Assembly: GCA_049510745.1 (NCBI GenBank) | Contig: JBEKYR010000001.1 | Location: 128,001 to 192,000, forward strand | Origin: Verrucomicrobiota bacterium | GTDB lineage: Bacteria > Verrucomicrobiota > Verrucomicrobiia > Limisphaerales > Palsa-1400 | Direction of reading: 5' to 3' | Length of the DNA stretch: 64,000 bases | Part shown: piece by piece, positions 58,077 to 64,000 of the stretch | Layout: every line of letters begins with the position of its first letter | Position numbering within the stretch: the stretch's first letter is position 1 | The notes under the pieces: model-generated | Databases searched by the model: none | What the model was told of the DNA's origin: nothing | The model's input: the letters and a program-made list of their open reading frames with translations, nothing else | Translations under genes and position numbers: made by a program

Positions 58077-59283
58077 CAATATGCCCGTCGCTGGTCAGCA
58101 CGTAAAGTTCCCCGTCCAGGTCTTGCGCGAAACTGGTGATGTTTTTCGGCTGGTCCAGCAGCGTGCCGTATTGGGTCACTTTGCCGTGCTTCCACCGAAA
58201 TCCCCAAATGGTGCCCAGGGCGTAGTCGCCATAAACATAAATCCCGCGCAAGGCCGGATGCTTTGCCCCCCGATAAACATACCCGCCTATCACGCAGGCC
58301 CCGATGCTGTGATGACGAAACTTCGTCTCCGCCAGAAGATTCGTCTTGTGCGGATACTCGATCACCGGCTCAACGTAGCGCGCCCCTTCGGGACCGGGTT
58401 TGAAATGGTGCGCCCCTTCCCGCACGCTCCAGCCGTAGTTGCCCCCTTTGACAATCAAGTCTATCTCCTCCCATTTGTCCTGGCCCACGTCCCCCGCCCA
58501 CATCTCCCCCGTCGCCCGGTCCCAACTGTAACGCCACGGATTGCGCAGCCCATAAGCCCAGATTTCCTTCCGCGCGCTGTTCTCCCAAAAATCCGGCTCG
58601 CGCATGAAGGGATTGTCCGCCGGCAGACCGTAAGGCAGCGTCTCCCGCGCCCCGCGCAGGCCGATGACCGACCGGCTGTCAACGTCGATGCGCAGGATTT
58701 TGCCCTGCAACGCCGAAGTGTTTTGGCCAGTCCCGAATTCATCATTCTGCCCCCCGCCGTCGCCCACGCCGAGGTAGAGAAAACCATCGGGGCCAAAACT
58801 CGCCAGGCCCCCCTTATGCACCTCGGACGGCTGCGGAATCTCCAGCAAAATGTGCTCCGAATTGGTGTCCGCGCGGTCGGGATTGCCGGCGGAAACTTTC
58901 ATTTCACTGACCACCGTGCGCCGCGGATTTTGCTGGCAGTAGAAAATGTAAAACAGCCCGTTGCTGCTGAAACGCGGATGAAACGCCAGGCTCAACAACC
59001 CCTGTTCCAGCGAAGCGTGCGGTTTGCGGTCCTCCAAGTTGAGAAACTCCCGCGCCTCCGCCCCATCGGTCCCCTTGCGCGCCAGCATCACGCGCCCGCC
59101 CTGCTCCACGATGGCGCAGCGCCCGGAGCCATCCGGCGCCTCCTCCATCCAAACCAGGTCACTGCATTGCAACCTGGGAAAAACCGGGCGCAGCGTAATT
59201 TTGGGAAGCGGCTGGGCCACGGCGGCAATGGCTGCCAGCAGCGCGAACAGCGCCTGGCCAAAGATGATTAACCGCCGGTTCAC
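58027..59283 (-). CDS. PQQ-dependent sugar dehydrogenase family protein (GSDH/YliI-like)
   Basis: EQGLLSLAFHP, FGPDGFLYLGVGDGG, GKILRID, YGLRNPWR, GGNYGW, GGYVYRG; signal peptide. Confidence 0.92.
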   Translation of the reverse strand: MNRRLIIFGQALFALLAAIAAVAQPLPKITLRPVFPRLQCSDLVWMEEAPDGSGRCAIVEQGGRVMLARKGTDGAEAREFLNLEDRKPHASLEQGLLSLAFHPRFSSNGLFYIFYCQQNPRRTVVSEMKVSAGNPDRADTNSEHILLEIPQPSEVHKGGLASFGPDGFLYLGVGDGGGQNDEFGTGQNTSALQGKILRIDVDSRSVIGLRGARETLPYGLPADNPFMREPDFWENSARKEIWAYGLRNPWRYSWDRATGEMWAGDVGQDKWEEIDLIVKGGNYGWSVREGAHHFKPGPEGARYVEPVIEYPHKTNLLAETKFRHHSIGACVIGGYVYRGAKHPALRGIYVYGDYALGTIWGFRWKHGKVTQYGTLLDQPKNITSFAQDLDGELYVLTSDGHIEAIGVAGEAGEPNSGR

Positions 59284-59350
59284 CGCGCCCAAGGTGGACT
59301 ATTCCACCCCAAAGTTCAACCCGTCTTCGGCGCAGAGTTTCCGACTCCCA

Positions 59351-59611
59351 TTACGCGGCGACAACTTGCACGCGGGGGGCAAAACCAAGCCTGCCGAGAA
59401 GCTCCTCACAATCTTCCCAGGCGAGCCCAAACGCGCGAACATCCGCAACTCCAAGCCGGGCAATCACGTGGGAAAGCGTCTCGGCGTCGCGCTCGGCCAA
59501 CTCGCCGTCCATTAAGGCGCGCTCCGCCCAATCCACCAACTGATCCAGCGTGATCTCGTGATGAAGGTACGCGGCAATCTGTTCGGCAACGATTTGTTTC
59601 GTGATCGTCAC
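59351..59611 (-). CDS. Small helical hypothetical protein (putative antitoxin-like)
   Basis: 86 aa, GTG start, YLHHEITLDQLVDWAE; follows a truncated upstream ORF. Confidence 0.7.
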   Translation of the reverse strand: MTITKQIVAEQIAAYLHHEITLDQLVDWAERALMDGELAERDAETLSHVIARLGVADVRAFGLAWEDCEELLGRLGFAPRVQVVAA

Positions 59612-59620
59612 GGCATCATC

Positions 59621-59725
59621 CTACACTTTCTGGTGGCCTTTATCCACCGGGAATTTTTCGTGCGTCTCGACCAACCGCCCCGCGTCATCATAAATCTCCT
59701 GCCAGAAGCGCAGCGTGGTTTCCTT
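59621..59725 (-). pseudogene. 3' remnant of an upstream partner gene
   Basis: My translation KETTLRFWQEIYDDAGRLVETHEKFPVDKGHQKV* is protein-like and stops 10 bp before the next gene; 5' part missing. Confidence 0.55.
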
Positions 59726-59830
59726 CCGGAGTTTGGCGGCCGGGTGTTGCGTGTGGTGGTAAACAAGACGGTTGTTCCCGAACGGGTCGTGACTGTATAT
59801 TTCGACCGCACAATGAAAGGCAAACTATGA
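59723..59830 (+). pseudogene. 3' remnant of DUF4258-like toxin
   Basis: LPEFGGRVLRVVVNKTVVPERVVTVYFDRTMKGKL* resembles DUF4258 C-termini; ATGA-coupled to DUF2283; N-terminus absent. Confidence 0.7.
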
Positions 59831-60027
59831 GATTGAAAGTTGACCGTGAAGCCGACGCGCTTTATCTCCGCTTGGACGACTCGCCAATCATCGAGTCCGA
59901 AGAGGTGTCGCCGGGCGTGGTGTTGGACTTCAACGGGCAAAATCAGGTGGTCGGCGTCGAGATGCTCAACCTCTCCAAACGCGCGCCGGGGCTTAATCTC
60001 AAGGAATTCCAGTTCCAAACGGCGTGA
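59827..60027 (+). CDS. DUF2283-family protein (putative antitoxin)
   Basis: DREADALYLRL...SEEVSPGVVLDFN...VVGVE. Confidence 0.92.
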   Translation: MRLKVDREADALYLRLDDSPIIESEEVSPGVVLDFNGQNQVVGVEMLNLSKRAPGLNLKEFQFQTA

Positions 60028-60092
60028 CACGTTCAGCTTCGGCGGCGGAAACCGTCCGGCCAGCTTCAAAGGGTTTTGTGCCGTAAAATCAC

Positions 60093-60136
60093 TTGCACTT
60101 AGAGCCGGACAATACTACGGTTTGACCCGGACGACG
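60093..60136 (+). promoter_or_regulatory. Putative promoter element C, copy 2
   Basis: TTGCAC 60093-60098, N17, TACGGT 60116-60121, TTGACCCGGACGACG. Confidence 0.6.
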
Positions 60137-60147
60137 CCCGCATAATT

Positions 60148-60180
60148 TTAGTCTTTATCCTCTTCCTGAGAGAAAGACGG
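60148..60180 (-). repeat. 33-bp hairpin element B, copy 2
   Basis: Reverse complement 29/33 identical to 3164-3196. Confidence 0.8.
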
Positions 60181-60212
60181 GGATTAAGGGCAAAACTGTA
60201 CCGTCAGCTACC

Positions 60213-62273
60213 TCAATAGACCAGCACCAGGGCCACGGCGCTTTCCGCCTCTCGCTCCACGTCCTCGAATTTCCGGTCTTTGATCGGATTCGGCTCCGGG
60301 AGTTTCGCCGATATTTCCGGCAGGCTTTCCAACAAAACGTTCAACACAGAGCTTTTCACGGCGTAATTGACGCTTTGCGGCAAAGAGCCGGTAGTTTGGA
60401 GTGTGGCCATGTCCGCAAGTTGCGCTGCCACAATGCCCACCACGTTTCCGTACTGGTTCACGAGCGGCCCGCCGGAATTGCCCGGTTGCACCGCCACGCT
60501 GATTTGAAACTCTCGCGGGTCATCCTGCACCCCGGCCAAACTGCTGATCTCGCCTTTGGTCAATTTGGGGGCGAAACCTTGCAATTCGATGTTCGGAAAA
60601 CCGATGGTAAAGACCGATTCGCCCAGCTTCACGCCACGACTCGAAGCGACAGGCAATGCGGGAAATTTGCCGATCACTTTCAGCAAAGCCACGTCGTTTG
60701 CCTTGTCCGCTTTCACGAGCGTTGCTGCGAATGTGCCCGCCGTCGTTCTTACGGCAATCCGGCCCGCATCCTCGACAACATGGTAACAGGTCAGCAGGCA
60801 ACCGTCATCAGTAACGAAAAAGCCGCTGCCGGTGAAGCGAGGCACGCTTCCAACCACAGCCGAATTTTGGCCATCGGCTCGATTTGAAGCAACGCCTTCC
60901 TTGCGAGCAACGAATTCGCGGGAAAGTCGCTGGCCTTCTGCAATCTGCGAAGGCGTCATGGAATCGGATATTCTATCGCGGTGGTGAATGGCGTTGGTCT
61001 GATTCTGTGCGGCAGCGAGGTTATACCACTTGTAAGCCTCGATATAATCCTGTGGTACGCCCTGGCCAACGTCATACATACTTCCAACAAGCAATTGTGC
61101 GTGGGCATTGCCTTGCTCAGCGGCCTTGCGGCACCACTTCACAGCTTCGGCGTCGTCTTGCGGGACGCCCTTCCCATAAATATACGCAAGGCCCAACTTC
61201 GTCTGTGCCGCTGCTTCGCCTTGTTCAGCGGCCTTGCGATACCACTTCACCGCGTCGGCGTCATCTTGCGTCACGCCCCACCCAAGCTCATACATCAGTC
61301 CCAGCTTGCCTTGCGCCTCGGCGAAGCCTTGTTCCGCCGCTTTGCGGAACCACTTCACGGCTTCGGTGTAATCTTGCGCGACACCCTGCCCTTTTTGGAA
61401 ACACACACCAAGGTTAAACTGTGCTGTCGCATTGCCTTGCTCCGCCGCTTTGCCGAACCACTTCACGGCTTCTGCCAAGTTGGTTGCTACACCCTGGCCC
61501 GTGGAATACGCATCGCCCAAAGCCGTCTGTGCCGTCGCGCTACCTGCCTCTGCCTTCGACTTGATTTCCTGAAACGAAATCGAATTGGACGACGGCGGAG
61601 TGGATGTCTGTTGGCCGTTCGTGTCGGTGCCAGCGGCTAGGGCGTGCTTAGGCTCAAGCCGGTCAAAATTCGTTGTGGGCTGGCTTGGCGTGTTCGTGTC
61701 CTGCCCCAGCGCCGGAAAGGAAATTCCTGTCCGGTCTTGTTTGATGCCGTACTTTGCCTTGAGCGACTGCCCAAGAAATCTAGCATCGAACGTGAAAAAA
61801 CCATCGGGCTTGGTCTGAAATCCCCTAATCAAAAGCCCTGTGCGCGGCCTGTAAATATGGTGGGTTATAGGCGGCATGTAGGTGGTACTCGAATTCACGA
61901 CTCCGCTCGAATTTCCAGAATAGCTGGCCCCGTGCGGGTTAAAATAGATGTCACCGGAAGTCGAGCCTGTTCCGCTTGATCTGGTCGTCGAGTACCCCGG
62001 TGTTGTAAAGCTGCTGACGGTCGTCGAATTGTTCTCGTCCACGATGGCGAAGAATGCGAAACCATGTTGGAGGGCAAGCTCAGATGCCCTCAACAGAGCA
62101 AAATCTTGTGCCCGCTCGCTTGAAGTATAACCATTGCCGCGAAACATCACCCTCACGGTGTCAGGCGCGTACCAAGTCTCTGAATACCCGCCCATCAATC
62201 CGTTTGATTTATAGGGCGTTTGGCAGCCTGTGAGGAGCGCAACTGCCATCAAGAGAGTCAGAGGAAGCTTCAT
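60213..62273 (-). CDS. Lipoprotein with SEL1-like repeats and C-terminal trypsin-like serine protease
   Basis: Lipobox LTGC; five A-Q-x-x-L-G...G-x-G-V...A-V-K-W repeats; triad LTCYHVV / NDVALL / PGNSGGP. Confidence 0.92.
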   Translation of the reverse strand: MKLPLTLLMAVALLTGCQTPYKSNGLMGGYSETWYAPDTVRVMFRGNGYTSSERAQDFALLRASELALQHGFAFFAIVDENNSTTVSSFTTPGYSTTRSSGTGSTSGDIYFNPHGASYSGNSSGVVNSSTTYMPPITHHIYRPRTGLLIRGFQTKPDGFFTFDARFLGQSLKAKYGIKQDRTGISFPALGQDTNTPSQPTTNFDRLEPKHALAAGTDTNGQQTSTPPSSNSISFQEIKSKAEAGSATAQTALGDAYSTGQGVATNLAEAVKWFGKAAEQGNATAQFNLGVCFQKGQGVAQDYTEAVKWFRKAAEQGFAEAQGKLGLMYELGWGVTQDDADAVKWYRKAAEQGEAAAQTKLGLAYIYGKGVPQDDAEAVKWCRKAAEQGNAHAQLLVGSMYDVGQGVPQDYIEAYKWYNLAAAQNQTNAIHHRDRISDSMTPSQIAEGQRLSREFVARKEGVASNRADGQNSAVVGSVPRFTGSGFFVTDDGCLLTCYHVVEDAGRIAVRTTAGTFAATLVKADKANDVALLKVIGKFPALPVASSRGVKLGESVFTIGFPNIELQGFAPKLTKGEISSLAGVQDDPREFQISVAVQPGNSGGPLVNQYGNVVGIVAAQLADMATLQTTGSLPQSVNYAVKSSVLNVLLESLPEISAKLPEPNPIKDRKFEDVEREAESAVALVLVY

Positions 62274-62291
62274 ATTTTTAATTTGTTAGTT

Positions 62292-63074
62292 TTAGTCTTC
62301 CGACGGCTCAGACCCGTCTCCCCGAAGTGATTGATATTCCATCTTCGTAAGGTTGACGATTTCTGAAAGCTGCTGTAGGCGGTGTCTATTCTCCATCGCA
62401 ACCATATTTGTGATTTGCAGTTCCATTGCGTTTGCCTGCTCGGCAGATATTTTTTCTGGCCGCTTGCCTTGGCTTACAACAGCAAGCGAGGTTCCACCTC
62501 CGCAATACGCCACGGAACCCTTTGCCTCTTTCACCACGTAAGAGGCAATCAGCGTAGCTTGGTGGGAGGAAATTTGACCAAAAGGAAAGTCCTTGAGCAA
62601 GTAATGCGCGAGATCGCTGCCTATGCCGCTTGTGGAGAACTCGGCTGCGATTGGTTGCGGCCACGCGGTCATCGGTCGGAATTTAAAAAGAAATGCCTTG
62701 CCTGAAAAATAATATCCCAAAGTCAACTCGAAATCGTTTTGCTCTTGATAAAAAAAATCTTCCCAGTTTGTTGGCGACAGGCCGGGATGAAGGCTCGTCA
62801 TGTGGTTTCGGAATTCCAGAACCGCGTCTTTTGCAGCATTAGCAATCGTCCTATCGTCAGTGATTTCCCTTCCGGCGGCCTTTCGCTTAAACGAATCAAC
62901 CGCGATATTCGAGTACGTTGCTGCCCCTGCCTCCCCAACCAGCGCATATCCATTAAGGAATTCAATAATGCTAATTTTCTCTGTGCCGTGCTGCTTGGCG
63001 CTTCCCCGCGTTGTTTCGCTCTCGGCTCCAAAGACAATCGCGTCTTTGCAAATTATTCCAACAATTAAAGTCAC
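62292..63074 (-). CDS. Proteasome beta/HslV-like Ntn-hydrolase
   Basis: GTG at 63074 yields (M)TLIVGIICKDAIVFGAES...EKI, SGIGS, YCGG; alternative ATG at 63113. Confidence 0.75.
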   Translation of the reverse strand: MTLIVGIICKDAIVFGAESETTRGSAKQHGTEKISIIEFLNGYALVGEAGAATYSNIAVDSFKRKAAGREITDDRTIANAAKDAVLEFRNHMTSLHPGLSPTNWEDFFYQEQNDFELTLGYYFSGKAFLFKFRPMTAWPQPIAAEFSTSGIGSDLAHYLLKDFPFGQISSHQATLIASYVVKEAKGSVAYCGGGTSLAVVSQGKRPEKISAEQANAMELQITNMVAMENRHRLQQLSEIVNLTKMEYQSLRGDGSEPSED

Positions 63075-63162
63075 AGACTTTGCCTTTCGCTTAATTTTTC
63101 GGAAACTTCGCATGGTTAAGCCTCCAGACGCAAGTATATTATTGCCCTCGACAGCGGAAAAA

Positions 63163-63355
63163 GAAAAGGGTCAGGTCTGAAAAAGAAAAGGAAAAGGGTC
63201 AGGCCTAGGAAATTGGTATTTTCTGGATGTTTTGCCGGCATCGGTGCGTTGCGCCGGTCTGTCCCGGTTTCCTTAACCTCCCCCGATCCCCCGGCACCCG
63301 GACCAGACGAAACGCAAAGGGCATAGGGCGCGAAGTCGCAAAGCAAAGCTGGCTT
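63163..63355 (-). repeat. Element A copy 2 with doubled AAAAGGGTCAG end
   Basis: 63191-63355 is the near-identical reverse complement of 1114-1282; extra GAAAAGGGTCAGGTCT at 63163-63178. Confidence 0.9.
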
Positions 63356-63375
63356 CCTTGCAGTAGTCCGTCGTC

Positions 63376-63446
63376 CGTCGTCCGGGTCAAACCATACTAT
63401 TGTATGAATTTACGTGCAAGTGTTTGCACTACAATTGCTTATGATC
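63376..63446 (-). promoter_or_regulatory. Putative promoter element C, copy 3
   Basis: Minus strand TTGCAC(63419-63414)-N17-TATGGT(63396-63391)-TTGACCCGGACGACG; reads into element A and the cargo genes. Confidence 0.65.
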
Positions 63447-63671
63447 GTCGTCGTTTCTCCAAAAGTCACCCCGCTTGGAGCTTCTGCAAGCGTCAGGCCC
63501 GTGAACTCGGTGTTTTTGGGTGGGTTCCAAGCGTCGGCCCGTTGCGCCGCCTTGTCCCTGCCTCTTTAACACCCCCGGCTTCCCCAGCACCGAACCGACA
63601 AGCCTTGGTCGCCAGACGTGCCGGGCTGGCCCTTTGACTCGCGTGTCCGTCCATGTCCGTCCATGTTCCTC

Positions 63672-63765
63672 CTAAAAAAACCTGCAAAAAAGTAACAAAA
63701 ATACTTGCTAAATCACCAAACTGTGTCAGATTCGCCAACAGACGAGCACCGGCTCTTTGACATAA
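63672..63765 (+). promoter_or_regulatory. UP element + extended -10 promoter + boxA-like motif (copy 3 of 3)
   Basis: A-tracts, TTGCTA 63705-63710, N16, TG-n-CAGATT 63727-63732, GCTCTTTGACATAA 63752-63765. Confidence 0.6.
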
Positions 63766-63855
63766 AGTGGAGTCGCCGGGCAGCGGTCCTGTTCGCTCGC
63801 CGCAGGACGGGCTCCAGGCCGCCAGCGATGCCGTCATTCACGGCCGCCGCATGGC

Positions 63856-63895
63856 CAATCGTGCTAAATCGTGCCAAATCGTGCCAAATCGTGCC
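63856..63895. repeat. Four tandem 10-bp repeats AAATCGTGCC
   Basis: caatcgtgct aaatcgtgcc aaatcgtgcc aaatcgtgcc. Confidence 0.9.
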
Positions 63896-64000
63896 AAAAA
63901 AAGAAAAATCCCAACCACGATTGATGATCCATCAGATCTCACTTTAGCCTTTAGCCTTCGAGCCTTTCCCCCGTCGCTCCGAGCAGATTCGACCAAATTC

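Noticed and set aside
59558..59722. Full 90-aa ORF as an intact toxin
   Set aside because: Its 5' half is the antisense of other genes; only the last 35 codons look like DUF4258
63942..63967. TAGCCTT heptamer repeats as a distinct element
   Set aside because: Only about three degenerate units at the window edge; cannot be interpreted

Overview
High-GC bacterial chromosomal window, most likely Verrucomicrobiota (Pedosphaera/subdivision-3-like; inferred from the PV-type microcompartment locus, GloVer-repeat and PQQ-propeller proteins, and repeat style). No rRNA, tRNA, CRISPR array, integrase or transposase is visible. Coding blocks: a complete Planctomycetes/Verrucomicrobia-type bacterial microcompartment locus (3.3-11.4 kb); a 7-gene membrane operon combining three SPFH (HflK/HflC-like) proteins, an atypical P1B ATPase and an ABC-2 exporter (17.6-27.2 kb); mutT-like/ugd/TPR genes; an ECF sigma / anti-sigma-vWA fusion / 2117-aa membrane protein / serpin block; a REC-PAS-PP2C phosphatase; luxE/luxC-like genes with queD; rho-WYL, cysK and yfhO-like genes; and about eight toxin-antitoxin-type modules, four with truncated first or toxin genes. 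The most unusual signal is non-coding. A conserved composite 'container' occurs twice, inverted relative to each other, around unrelated AT-richer cargo genes (about 0.8-3.2 kb and 60.1-63.4 kb). It consists of a TTGCAC-N17-TAYGGT promoter, a ~165-nt segment ending CCTAGGCCTGACCCTTTT, and a 33-bp hairpin end. It sits back-to-back with a three-copy unit of extended -10 promoter, boxA-like motif and 10-bp tandem repeats that drives no obvious ORF. Start codons were adjusted by eye where the ORF track over-extends; all family calls come from motif recognition, not database searches.
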